From: an uncultured Christensenella sp.
Lineage (GTDB): Bacteria; Bacillota; Clostridia; Christensenellales; UBA3700
Length of the DNA: 64,000 nt
NCBI GenBank assembly: GCA_950079155.1
Contig: CATMWH010000001.1
Span: forward strand, 194,982 to 258,981
Direction of reading: 5' to 3'
In this document: positions 37,104 through 46,198 of the stretch, piece by piece
How the letters are laid out: each line of letters opens with the position of its first letter
Position numbering within the stretch: position 1 is the first letter of the stretch
The notes under the pieces: model-generated
Told to the model about the DNA's origin: nothing
Seen by the model: the letters and a program-made list of their open reading frames with translations, nothing else
Database searches by the model: none
Made by a program: the position numbers and the translations under genes

Positions 37104-38582
37104 TTAGATACCCAACACCATCATCAATGCCGAAGCAAGATAGGGTCTCAAATTGGTAGCCTCGATGACGTTGTCAATATATCCGTCTTTTGCCGCAACG
37201 AGCGGATTAGACTGCATTTGAGCATACACTTCGTCTTCACTCTTGCCCTTGATTGAAATATTGTTCATAACCTTTTGGAAATAAGCCATTGCTTTTGCCA
37301 ATGCGTCAGCGTCTACGTCAGACTTTTGCTCAAGTTCTTTAGCCGTCTTTTTGAGTTCTTTGATTTGATCGGTAGCAATTACTTTGCTTACCTGCATACC
37401 TACCGGCGCTACGACTGCGCTTGAGGTAGCCAACGTATAATCAAAACCTATTGCTTTGCTCATCAAAGCGCTGTAAGCATAGCCCACCGCGTTGCCCACC
37501 GCAACGCCAATCTTTGCAATCGTGCTGGTAGCAATAGTCTTCATCAAATCGTTGGTACGTTTTGCAAATCCTTTTACTTCCTGCTCCAACGTGGAATTTA
37601 CTCCAAGCGAATCTACGAGAGTTATGAGCGGAATATTATACGCTTCCAACTTCTCTACAAATGAATTTGCCTTATCAAGACCCTCGATAGAAATATAATC
37701 GCCCTCCGTAGCAATTACGCCGACGGAAATGCCGTTGAGTTTTGCAAGCGAACATACGACTTGAGGCGCATACTCGGGGCAATACTCTACGATACTCTTC
37801 TGGTCAAATATATATTCTATTCTTTGTTTTGCGGAAATTTTCTTTTCAAGATTGGGGTTTACTCTGTTGGGATCGTCATTTGATTCTCCCTCGTCTGACA
37901 ACAATACGGAAGTAAGTTTTTGAAGTTGTTTTGCCAAATCCTTTGCGTCATTGTATACAAATTGAGCCACGTCAGTGTTGCTCTCGTACGCTTTATATCC
38001 AAGTTTAGCCTTATAATCAACAGGGAACGCCTTTGCGTCGGATACGAGATACATAGGCGAATTGACAGACATAACGGCGTCTTTTGACATAAAGACAAAA
38101 TCTGCTCCCGCTACAAAAGTAGCCATCATTCCGACTGCAACGCCTTTGACAATGCAAATATGCGGTACTTCGTCGGCAATTTCAAATGCGCTTGCAATAA
38201 GTTTTGCATATCCTTCCATTACGCTTGCGCCCTCGCCTACTCTTGCGCCGCAACTGTCTATGACGGAAATGAGCGGCGTACCAGCTTTGATAGCCCTTTG
38301 CATACATTTGTAAATCTTATTGGCGTGAGCCTCGCTCAAACTTCCCTTAAGCACGTCGGCATTCTGCGCAAAGATATGCACCGGATTGCCGCTTAGCGTA
38401 GCATATCCCGTGACAACGCCTTCGCCCAAAGCCTCTTGAGCGTCGTCAAAACTCTTTCCAGTAAGAAAAACGTCAGTCTCGACAAAACTTTCGGCGTCAA
38501 CAATGCTTTCGATAAAAGACTTGACGTTCTTTGTAGCCTTGTCAATTGCTTTCACGCTAGCCGAGAGTGTATTGTTCTCCAT
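37104..38582 (-). CDS. Acyl-CoA carboxyltransferase, 12S / MmdA / PccB superfamily, divergent
   Basis: Two crotonase-like halves align by eye with the family (GVVTGYATLSGNPVHIFAQN..GSLSEAHANKI..DSCGARVGEG; GISVGVIATEG..NIPLITLVDSLG). Start at ATG 38582 after GGAGGT. The track start is a TTG inside the RBS. Confidence 0.8.
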   Translation of the reverse strand: MENNTLSASVKAIDKATKNVKSFIESIVDAESFVETDVFLTGKSFDDAQEALGEGVVTGYATLSGNPVHIFAQNADVLKGSLSEAHANKIYKCMQRAIKAGTPLISVIDSCGARVGEGASVMEGYAKLIASAFEIADEVPHICIVKGVAVGMMATFVAGADFVFMSKDAVMSVNSPMYLVSDAKAFPVDYKAKLGYKAYESNTDVAQFVYNDAKDLAKQLQKLTSVLLSDEGESNDDPNRVNPNLEKKISAKQRIEYIFDQKSIVEYCPEYAPQVVCSLAKLNGISVGVIATEGDYISIEGLDKANSFVEKLEAYNIPLITLVDSLGVNSTLEQEVKGFAKRTNDLMKTIATSTIAKIGVAVGNAVGYAYSALMSKAIGFDYTLATSSAVVAPVGMQVSKVIATDQIKELKKTAKELEQKSDVDADALAKAMAYFQKVMNNISIKGKSEDEVYAQMQSNPLVAAKDGYIDNVIEATNLRPYLASALMMVLGI

Positions 38583-38684
38583 ATAAACCTCCAAAATATT
38601 GTATATATAAATGATTTATTAACAAAATATTGTGCAGACTGAAAATTTAATTAAAATTCAAGCCTAACTTTTGCAATCAAAACT

Positions 38685-38713
38685 ATTATATTGGCATTCG
38701 CGATTTTTTGCAA
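38685..38713 (-). promoter_or_regulatory. Sigma-A promoter of the decarboxylase operon
   Basis: Minus strand reads TTGCAA (38713..38708), 17 nt, TATAAT (38690..38685). Confidence 0.7.
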
Positions 38714-38800
38714 GTAATTTAACAAAGAAAATGTAATTTAATTTGATAAAATATTATAATAATTATAGATATAAAGAAAAGTAATAATATTTACTAATAC

Positions 38801-38826
38801 AAAAGCGCCTTGCAAATGCAAAACGC
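38801..38826 (-). terminator. Rho-independent terminator after rluB
   Basis: 10-bp stem gcguuuugca/ugcaaggcgc (two G-U pairs) followed by a T-run on the minus strand, 8 nt after the stop. Confidence 0.65.
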
Positions 38827-38833
38827 TTCTTTT

Positions 38834-39547
38834 TCACATATTTTTGATATAATAAATTTCGTCGTCGTTGAGATATCTGTATCCCCCTCTTGGCAAACCT
38901 CCCAGTCTCAATTCGCCCACCGCTATTCTTTTGAGGAATTTAACTTCTCTTTCTACAGCTTCAAACATTTTTCTGATTTGACGGTTTTTACCCTCGGTAA
39001 TCGTCACCTGCAATTTGGATTCACCGTCTTTGTATTCCAGCAACTTTACCTTGCATCTTTTAGTCTTTTCGCCGTCCACAAGCACGCCCTTTCGCAATTG
39101 AGCAAGTTTATGCTCGGGCATTTCGCCGTCGACTTTGACAAGATAAGTCTTTGGTATTTCATAACTGGGATGCGTTAACTTATAGGCGAGATCCCCATCG
39201 TTGGTCATAATGAGCATACCTTCGGTATCATAGTCCAATCTGCCCACCGGTATAAGGTGCGGCACATTGAGATCTTGCAGATAATCATATATCGTCTTTC
39301 TGCCTTTCTCGTCGCTTGAGGTAGTAATACAACCTTTTGGCTTATAAAATAGAATATATGCGTAATCCTTTACGGGTTTGACAATATTATCGTCAACCAT
39401 AACGGTATCATTTTTTTCATTTATCGAAGAACCTAGTTCTTTGATAACTTTACCGTTGACTTTTACCCGACCTTCTTCAATTAGTTTGTCTGCTCCACGC
39501 CGTGACGCCGCTCCCGTCGACGCTAAATATTTGTTTAATCTCTCCAT
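38834..39547 (-). CDS. rluB: Pseudouridine synthase, RsuA/RluB family (S4 domain + catalytic domain)
   Basis: MERLNKYLASTGAASRRGADKLIEEGRVKVNG (S4 domain) and the catalytic-Asp motif PVGRLDYDTEG. Confidence 0.9.
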   Translation of the reverse strand: MERLNKYLASTGAASRRGADKLIEEGRVKVNGKVIKELGSSINEKNDTVMVDDNIVKPVKDYAYILFYKPKGCITTSSDEKGRKTIYDYLQDLNVPHLIPVGRLDYDTEGMLIMTNDGDLAYKLTHPSYEIPKTYLVKVDGEMPEHKLAQLRKGVLVDGEKTKRCKVKLLEYKDGESKLQVTITEGKNRQIRKMFEAVEREVKFLKRIAVGELRLGGLPRGGYRYLNDDEIYYIKNM

Positions 39548-40823
39548 TTTCTACGCTTATACGCATTTCTCCCGAATAAGCGGAAAGTTTGCGCAATACT
39601 CCTATATCGTCAATTGTTTCCATATTAACAATATTTGCGCTAAAAAGCAAACGATTATCAATATAAAACAGCATTTTTCCTATAATCGAATCTGCATTTA
39701 ACGGCGTTTGTAATCCTTCGTTTATTTCAAAACAGCACTTAATACCAACGATTTCTCCCTCTTTTAGAGGCAAAGTAAGATCGTTTTGCAAGGCTATATT
39801 ATAGTTTTTTCCTTCTATATTAAGCGTTTCTATAACATCTCCCTTCCTTCCTATAGACACAGGCGAGTAATTTTCAAACGCTTTGTCAAAATTTATTGCG
39901 CTGGCGTTATAATGGTCGTATACATTAAGAACTACGCCTATCAATTGCATACCGTTCCGCTCGGCAGCGGTAACCAAACAGCGCCCCGAATCTTTAGTAT
40001 AACCAGTCTTAATGCCGTTTGCGCCGTCATAAATACTAAGCATCTTATTTTTGTTGGCAAAATAATAAGTCGGATGACTTGAATTTGCCTGTACTGTATA
40101 CATTTTGCAACCTGAAACTTCTTTAAAAGTAGGATTTTGCATAGCAATAGCAGAAATTACCGCCAAATCATACGCCGAAGTATAATGCTCGTCAGAGTGT
40201 AGTCCGTGCGGATTTTCAAAATGAGTGTTAGTTAAGCCTAATTGCTCTACTCTGTCATTCATCATTTTCACAAAGTTCTCAACACTTCCTCCTGTCGCAA
40301 TCGCCAAAGCAGTAGCCGCGTCATTACCGCTTCTCAACATAAGTCCATATAACAAATCCCGAATTGTCCATATTTCTTTACTTTTCAAATAGATAGAAGA
40401 GCCTTCGACCCCAACCGCCTCGTCGGGAATAGTAAATTCTTTATCCAAATCCTCATTCTCAATTACAACGAGCGCTGTCATAATCTTAGTCGTACTTGCC
40501 ATTTCCAATCTAACGTCCTTATTATGCTCTACAAGCACTCGCATAGTAGAGGCTTCTAAGACAGTCATTGCCGAAGACCTGTTGACATAAGACACCTCTT
40601 CGTCTGCATTGCCGTCTTTAGCGCCGATTTGATTAAAATCTCTATCTCCACGCGCATTGTTTTGCCAATTTGAGTTGTTTGCGCCCGAATTTGAAAGACA
40701 ATTATTATTGGTTATATTAAATGCGTCTACAAAACTTAATATTATATAACTTGTCAATATTATAGCAATAATTATAAATATAATTTTAAAAATGCTTTTA
40801 ATTGAGAAATATTTGCCCATCAT
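39477..40823 (-). CDS. D-alanyl-D-alanine carboxypeptidase (PBP5/DacB/DacF type)
   Basis: N-terminal TM/signal. Motifs STTK (SxxK), SGND (SxN) and KTGYT, plus a PBP5_C-like beta domain. The last ~24 codons overlap the rluB start. Confidence 0.88.
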   Translation of the reverse strand: MMGKYFSIKSIFKIIFIIIAIILTSYIILSFVDAFNITNNNCLSNSGANNSNWQNNARGDRDFNQIGAKDGNADEEVSYVNRSSAMTVLEASTMRVLVEHNKDVRLEMASTTKIMTALVVIENEDLDKEFTIPDEAVGVEGSSIYLKSKEIWTIRDLLYGLMLRSGNDAATALAIATGGSVENFVKMMNDRVEQLGLTNTHFENPHGLHSDEHYTSAYDLAVISAIAMQNPTFKEVSGCKMYTVQANSSHPTYYFANKNKMLSIYDGANGIKTGYTKDSGRCLVTAAERNGMQLIGVVLNVYDHYNASAINFDKAFENYSPVSIGRKGDVIETLNIEGKNYNIALQNDLTLPLKEGEIVGIKCCFEINEGLQTPLNADSIIGKMLFYIDNRLLFSANIVNMETIDDIGVLRKLSAYSGEMRISVENGEIKQIFSVDGSGVTAWSRQTN

Positions 40824-41200
40824 TTCTTATCCTTTACTAAATTTACTGTTGCAGAAATCAAGTCTTTCCACTTGTCGGAACCGCTTTTTTCATCCACTTT
40901 TACGAGCATTGGTTCATTGTCATAAAATACTAAAAATCCCATCGGAGACATTGAGATACCCCCGCCGCCACCGCCGGCGTACGGTTGAAGTTTGCCGCTC
41001 TTTATTGGCTGACCTTCTTTTGCCTGTCCGCCGCCTCCTCCGCTAACAAATCCAACAGACACCTTAGTTAGAGGAATTGCCATAGTTTTTTCATCAAGAT
41101 AGATAGGCTTAAAAATCATATCTTCGCTTTGAACAAGTCCCCTTAAGTTATCCAGAGTACTATTCATAATTTCCTGTAAAGAATTGTCGATATTGTCCAT
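40820..41200 (-). CDS. ytfJ: GerW/YtfJ-family sporulation protein
   Basis: IPLTKVSVGFVSGGGGG..GGGGGISMSPMGFLV pattern characteristic of YtfJ/GerW. Follows a ytfI-like gene, as in Bacillus. Confidence 0.8.
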   Translation of the reverse strand: MDNIDNSLQEIMNSTLDNLRGLVQSEDMIFKPIYLDEKTMAIPLTKVSVGFVSGGGGGQAKEGQPIKSGKLQPYAGGGGGGISMSPMGFLVFYDNEPMLVKVDEKSGSDKWKDLISATVNLVKDKK

Positions 41201-41259
41201 ATAGAATTCTCCTTAAATTACTTAATCAAGTTTATTATGCGCAAATATTTAAAATTATT

Positions 41260-41871
41260 TTATATTGCAACTTCATATTTTTTCTTTGCCGTCAATGCAT
41301 AAATAGCATACGCAGCAATTTTAATTAAAGAAAAACCCAACACACACTCCGCCTCTACGCCATTTAGTTTAGATTTGCGACTTACGTTTTGCAGTTCAAA
41401 CTCCTGCAATCTCAACTTTTCGCTGCTAACGGCCAACAAAGTATTTGAAATTAGCATTATATAGCCGTCAAGCAATGCTGCGTCTTTGATATCTTCAAAT
41501 GAAGCGCTATAATTTATACTCAAACGCCTTACCTTGATGTTTGGCATTCTACTCCACAAATTTGATAGATAAGCGCCTAATTTAAGTTTGCTCTTGTTAC
41601 CGCATTTTTTTTGTTTTTTAATATCTGTCTCACGATTTCCATCTAGATATTTAATAGGTTTTTTATTCAATTGGTAGCAAAATACACCGTTACACACAAA
41701 TATCTTAAAGCATACCACTTCTATCCAATCGAGTATATAGCACTTAAAACACACGCTCATATTGTTTAAATCTAATCTTAAAACAAACTTTATGCCATAC
41801 GCTATCACAAATAAAATGCAATAAAGCATTAAAATAAATGCAAAAACCACATATATCCACCACATAACCAT
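41260..41871 (-). CDS. YtfI-like (DUF2953-type) membrane-anchored sporulation-associated protein
   Basis: 203 aa with an N-terminal TM. Position immediately upstream of ytfJ matches the Bacillus ytfI-ytfJ pair. Family assignment is by context and recollection. Confidence 0.5.
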   Translation of the reverse strand: MVMWWIYVVFAFILMLYCILFVIAYGIKFVLRLDLNNMSVCFKCYILDWIEVVCFKIFVCNGVFCYQLNKKPIKYLDGNRETDIKKQKKCGNKSKLKLGAYLSNLWSRMPNIKVRRLSINYSASFEDIKDAALLDGYIMLISNTLLAVSSEKLRLQEFELQNVSRKSKLNGVEAECVLGFSLIKIAAYAIYALTAKKKYEVAI

Positions 41872-41962
41872 ATCTTACGCAATAATACAAGTTTTATTAA
41901 AAATAAAAATACAGCCCTCTTCAAGCCGTATTTTCATATAATATCAAATAAATAATTTTATA

Positions 41963-42742
41963 TCAAGTAACAATATCACCGTCATCGTCGGCTGTCGAGT
42001 CTTGAGCGCCTCCGTCTACATCGCTCGCAACTTCACGTTCAACATAATCTTCGCCGTTGCCTTGAACAGTTTGCAAATCTTCGCCCTGCAAGAATTCAGG
42101 AATTTCATTCATATCAATCATTTCATTGAGTTCTTCGTCGTTTTCGTCTTCAAACTTATCGCCAATAACACGCTCTCTATACAATCCGTCAGTTTGTATG
42201 TTGTAGTTGCTAAATTCCACCAGACGTCGCATAATATCATCATAATCAGGCAATTCGTCTAGACTTCTCAATTGGAATTTCTTTAGAAATTCGTCAGTTG
42301 TGCCGTACAAAATAGGCTTTCCCGGCGCATCTTTATACCCGCAAGTCTTTATCATATCAACCTTGAGCAACACTCCCAGCGCATAATCCGCGCTTGCTGA
42401 GCCTCTTGAATCTTCGATTTCCGATCTTGTGATAGGCTGACGGTACGCAATAATTGACAGCACTTCAAGCACGACCTTTGACAGTTCCTTTTCTCTGATA
42501 GGGCGCAACATATCGCTTACAGTCTCTCCGTACTTACTATTGGATGCAAATTGCAGTTTATCGTTAAATATTTCCAATACGATACCGCTATCACCGCTGT
42601 ATTTCTCTGCAATTTTTTCAATTACGGCGTTCAGTTCCTTTCGACTGACTTCATCGGGGAGACCGTTGAGTATTTCGCTTCTCTTTAATGGCACTCCGGC
42701 TGAAAACAATATCGCCTCGACTGTCTCAAATAAGTTTTCCAT
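41963..42742 (-). CDS. scpB: SMC-Scp complex subunit ScpB
   Basis: VEAILFSAGVPL N-terminus, winged-helix repeats (IAYRQPITRSEIEDSRG), acidic C-terminal tail. Follows scpA. Confidence 0.9.
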   Translation of the reverse strand: MENLFETVEAILFSAGVPLKRSEILNGLPDEVSRKELNAVIEKIAEKYSGDSGIVLEIFNDKLQFASNSKYGETVSDMLRPIREKELSKVVLEVLSIIAYRQPITRSEIEDSRGSASADYALGVLLKVDMIKTCGYKDAPGKPILYGTTDEFLKKFQLRSLDELPDYDDIMRRLVEFSNYNIQTDGLYRERVIGDKFEDENDEELNEMIDMNEIPEFLQGEDLQTVQGNGEDYVEREVASDVDGGAQDSTADDDGDIVT

Positions 42743-42743
42743 A

Positions 42744-43559
42744 TCAATAAGTTTCCTCCGTTTGTTTCAATTGTTGCATATCCAAATTTTCTTGATCAAC
42801 ACTATCATTGAGCATAATCAGTATATCATCTGCAAAATTCTTTTGAATAACTGTTACAATCTGCTTCTTCATCAATTCCAAAAGCGCTTGGAAAGTCGTG
42901 ATTACCTCGCTCTTGGTTATGTCCTTTTCAAATAGTTTGTTGAATACGACGGATTTTTTTTCTATCACCACTTTTGATATGTATTCAATTTTATCCGCTA
43001 CTGTAAATCTATCTTTTTGAATCTTTTTAGCGGCTTGGCGCTGCTCTTTTTCCGTCATTCTCAACAGCAATTTTCCGTAAGCCTCAATCAATTTATCAAA
43101 AGAAAAGTCATTGACAACTATTATAGCGTCAGCATTTGTAAACTTAGGTCTGCGATAGAACTTATTCAAAGTTTCTCTCTCTTTAAGTTTAGCCGCCTGA
43201 GTCTTGAACATCTCAAACATCAAAAGTTTACGTCTCAACTCTTCCTCAGGGTCTATTCCGTCATCCTCATATTCGTCATCAAAATATTCTTCAATTACAG
43301 GTAGGCAAGCTCTTGACTTGATTTCCAAAAGAGTTGCGGCAATTACTATATATTCACTGGCTTCTTCCATATCAAGTTTTTCCACTTGCTCCATATGTCT
43401 TATATATGAATCTGTTATCTGCGCCAACGGAAAGGTTTTGATATCATACCTACCGTCTCTGATAATAAGTTCGTACAAAAGTTCTATAGGTCCGCTGAAA
43501 TCTTGGATATTGAGTATTAAGTTATTTGCCGGATGGCTTTTTTCATAAAAGTTTGCCAT
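42744..43559 (-). CDS. scpA: Segregation and condensation protein A (kleisin ScpA)
   Basis: FSGPIELLYELI N-terminus and ITTFQALLELMK C-terminal winged helix. Its stop is 1 nt before the scpB start. Confidence 0.9.
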   Translation of the reverse strand: MANFYEKSHPANNLILNIQDFSGPIELLYELIIRDGRYDIKTFPLAQITDSYIRHMEQVEKLDMEEASEYIVIAATLLEIKSRACLPVIEEYFDDEYEDDGIDPEEELRRKLLMFEMFKTQAAKLKERETLNKFYRRPKFTNADAIIVVNDFSFDKLIEAYGKLLLRMTEKEQRQAAKKIQKDRFTVADKIEYISKVVIEKKSVVFNKLFEKDITKSEVITTFQALLELMKKQIVTVIQKNFADDILIMLNDSVDQENLDMQQLKQTEETY

Positions 43560-43562
43560 ATC

Positions 43563-44315
43563 TCACCCCAATAACGTCCCCTGAGGCAGCCCGAATATAG
43601 CCGTAAATACCCAATCCAAGCATTTGCGCACTAGACGAATTATATTAGACAAGACGTCTATTTGCGGAATAAATCTTCCCAATACAAAACAAATAAGCAA
43701 GAATGCTATCATTACTTGAGCGCCGTGCTTATACATAAAATTGACATATTTATTGTCGGGCTTCGTCAAAGTCTCAACAACTCTAAATCCATCCAACGGA
43801 TAGATAGGCAATAGATTGAATACCATCAGCGCCACGTTGAAGGCAATAGAAAGTTGGAATAAATAATAGAAAAACATTATCACATAAGACCAACCGCTTT
43901 CTATATTGACAGTACCGCCTGTGATTTTCATAAGTACAGCCAAACAAAGCGAACTTATTATTGCCATAATCAAGTTGTACGTTACGCCCGCCAAAGCGGT
44001 AAGCACCATACCTTTTTTATATTTCTTGAAGTTTCTAGGATCAATTGGCACGGGTTTTGCCCAACCGAAACCGACAAGCAACATCATACCCAGTCCAATC
44101 AAATCAAAGTGTTTGACCGGATTTGGAGAAAGTCTCCCCATAAATTTAGCCGTCTTGTCTCCATTCCAAAGCGCAACATAGCCGTGCGACAGTTCGTGAC
44201 CGATAATTGCGAAAATCATAGCAATTAAATACGCAAAAACGCACAAAACTGCCATACCAAAGCCTAGCGCTTTGACAATACTGTCACCTATAATCATTTG
44301 AATAAAAGATACCAT
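43563..44315 (-). CDS. Site-2 protease family (M50) membrane metallopeptidase
   Basis: HELSHGYVA (HExxH) in a TM helix and the NLLPIYPLDG motif. Start at ATG 44315 after GGAGAA (the track start is TTG). Confidence 0.88.
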   Translation of the reverse strand: MVSFIQMIIGDSIVKALGFGMAVLCVFAYLIAMIFAIIGHELSHGYVALWNGDKTAKFMGRLSPNPVKHFDLIGLGMMLLVGFGWAKPVPIDPRNFKKYKKGMVLTALAGVTYNLIMAIISSLCLAVLMKITGGTVNIESGWSYVIMFFYYLFQLSIAFNVALMVFNLLPIYPLDGFRVVETLTKPDNKYVNFMYKHGAQVMIAFLLICFVLGRFIPQIDVLSNIIRLVRKCLDWVFTAIFGLPQGTLLG

Positions 44316-44456
44316 CGTTTCTCCGACCAACGGTAACTATAACACATTTTACCGTTGAACATAATTCTACATATATATTATAGAGTAAATTCCCTATCAA
44401 GTCAATAATATACCTGATTTTTGACATTGATTTTAAATTTACGGAAAATTTATCGC

Positions 44457-44487
44457 TAAAAAAGACGGAATTTAATATAATTCCGCC
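44457..44487 (-). terminator. Rho-independent terminator after the second DD-carboxypeptidase gene
   Basis: 9-bp stem ggcggaatt/aattccgtc (one G-U pair) followed by T6 on the minus strand. Confidence 0.75.
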
Positions 44488-44517
44488 TTTTTATATTTTA
44501 AGTCTTACAACATTATT

Positions 44518-45690
44518 TTACCATTCACCTGTAACATCTTTTATAAAGTCAAGGAACGTACTCTTTTTTGCATCCTGCATAGCAATAATATCTACGCTAC
44601 GCTCCTGTCCGTCCATTTGATAAACAGCCTTACCTACTACGTCTCCCTTCTTGATTGGCGCTTTGATTTCTTGAGGTAATACTATCTGCAAATCTTCAGA
44701 AGACGCTCCTACCTTTGAGAATTTGGTAATATCTTCTCCGCAAGCAACTTCGATGGACTTAATAGGCGATTTTTTAACTTTAACAGAGCCCAACACATCG
44801 CCTTTTCTGAAGAATATCTTATTGACATAGTTTGCAAAAGAATAGTCAAACATCGCCCTTACTTGGTTAAATCTTGACTTGCTGTCACTGCCGCCGACTA
44901 TAGTCGCAACTACTTTCATACCGTTACGCTCGGCGCACGCAGAAAGACAGTGTCCCGCTTTGTCCGTATAACCGGTCTTACCGCCCTTACAACCGCTGTA
45001 TTGCTTGATAAGTTTGTTGGTATTGACAAATTGAGTAACTCTTCCCGATGGATGTTGATAATCTTCCATCCATACTCCGGCATATTCAAAGTATTTATCG
45101 TGACTCATAAGACTGCGAGTCATAATATTTACGTCTCTTGCCGTGGAATATTGCTCGCTTTCACTAGGCAATCCGGTGCAGTTGGCAAACTTGGTATTAT
45201 TCATTCCAAGTTGACTTGCCTTTTCATTCATCATACCTACAAAAGCGTCTACGCTTCCCGCTATACGTTCTGCCATAGCGTAAGACGCGTCATTTGCGGA
45301 TACGACAATTATACCCTTGAGCAAATCATTGACGCTGTAACTTGCGCCTGCATCTAAAAACATTTGACTTCCGCCCATTGCGCTTGCCTCCGGAGAAACG
45401 GTAATCATTTCGTCATAGCCTAATTTACCCTCGTCAATTGCTTCAAAAATCAGATTTGCCGTCATAATTTTTACCATACTGGCAATCTCGTGCTTTTCAT
45501 CCGCATTATATTGATAAAGCACCTCTCCTGTATAATACTCTGTCAAGCATTCTCCAAAGCCGTTTGGCTGCAAAGGTAAATCGCCGGTAACCAAAGTATC
45601 GCAAGACGCTTCCGCTTTCATACCCATTGGAAAAATAACAAGCATAGCCAAAGCTATAAGCAAAGTTGTGAATAAAATTATTTTTTTCAT
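44518..45690 (-). CDS. D-alanyl-D-alanine carboxypeptidase (DacA/PBP5 type), secreted
   Basis: Signal peptide MKKIILFTTLLIALAMLVIFPMGMKAEA. Motifs SMVK (SxxK), SAND (SxN) and KTGYT. Confidence 0.9.
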   Translation of the reverse strand: MKKIILFTTLLIALAMLVIFPMGMKAEASCDTLVTGDLPLQPNGFGECLTEYYTGEVLYQYNADEKHEIASMVKIMTANLIFEAIDEGKLGYDEMITVSPEASAMGGSQMFLDAGASYSVNDLLKGIIVVSANDASYAMAERIAGSVDAFVGMMNEKASQLGMNNTKFANCTGLPSESEQYSTARDVNIMTRSLMSHDKYFEYAGVWMEDYQHPSGRVTQFVNTNKLIKQYSGCKGGKTGYTDKAGHCLSACAERNGMKVVATIVGGSDSKSRFNQVRAMFDYSFANYVNKIFFRKGDVLGSVKVKKSPIKSIEVACGEDITKFSKVGASSEDLQIVLPQEIKAPIKKGDVVGKAVYQMDGQERSVDIIAMQDAKKSTFLDFIKDVTGEW

Positions 45691-45800
45691 ATCAAACTCC
45701 TAATCATTGTTTTCCCCTAGTGTGTCGCAAGAAACATTTTTTATGCCAAAATTACATTATAAGACATATATTTGCCTTGAAGTTGTAATAAAATTGAGAT

Positions 45801-46127
45801 ATGGAACAAAAAATTTATTCTTATATGCTATCTATCGGACTGCGCCCAAAATGCTCCGGTTACAAATACATTTTCGATCTTGTAAAAATGCAAATTCTCG
45901 GAAGCAATATTTTACCGCTTAAACTCAATGGCTATGAGGTTTTAGCAAAAAAATACGGCAAAACAGTCAGCGCTATTGATAAAAATATCCAAAATTGCAT
46001 TTCCAAAGCCTGGCTGGATGGCAATGTGGACGAATTATACGAAGAATTCGGCAATACCATAGATATTGACAAAGGTAAGCCTACTTCAAAACAATTGATA
46101 ATGCATATCTGCGATAGAATTTCTTAA
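45801..46127 (+). CDS. Stand-alone Spo0A C-terminal (DNA-binding effector) domain protein, no receiver domain
   Basis: The 108 aa align along their whole length with the B. subtilis Spo0A effector domain as I recall it: IGLRPKCSGYKYIFDLVKM ~ IGVPAHIKGYLYLREAISM, and AKKYGKTVSAIDKNIQNCISKAWLDGNVDELYEEFG...KGKPTSKQLIMHICDRI ~ [36 protein letters not shown]...KAKPTNSEFIAMVADKL. Confidence 0.75.
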   Translation: MEQKIYSYMLSIGLRPKCSGYKYIFDLVKMQILGSNILPLKLNGYEVLAKKYGKTVSAIDKNIQNCISKAWLDGNVDELYEEFGNTIDIDKGKPTSKQLIMHICDRIS

Positions 46128-46198
46128 ATTTAAAATATTTGTCATATATTGTCAAAACACTAAATAAAATTTAACATAACTCTAAAAAAGGCAATGTT

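Noticed and set aside
45707-45922. The 71-aa plus-strand ORF overlapping the start of the Spo0A_C-like gene, and the 105-aa ORF at 18967..19284 overlapping sigF.
   Set aside because: They have no RBS, implausible composition, and overlap better-supported genes. Only the last 33 codons of the 18967..19284 frame, which have their own RBS and ATG, are retained as a candidate small ORF.
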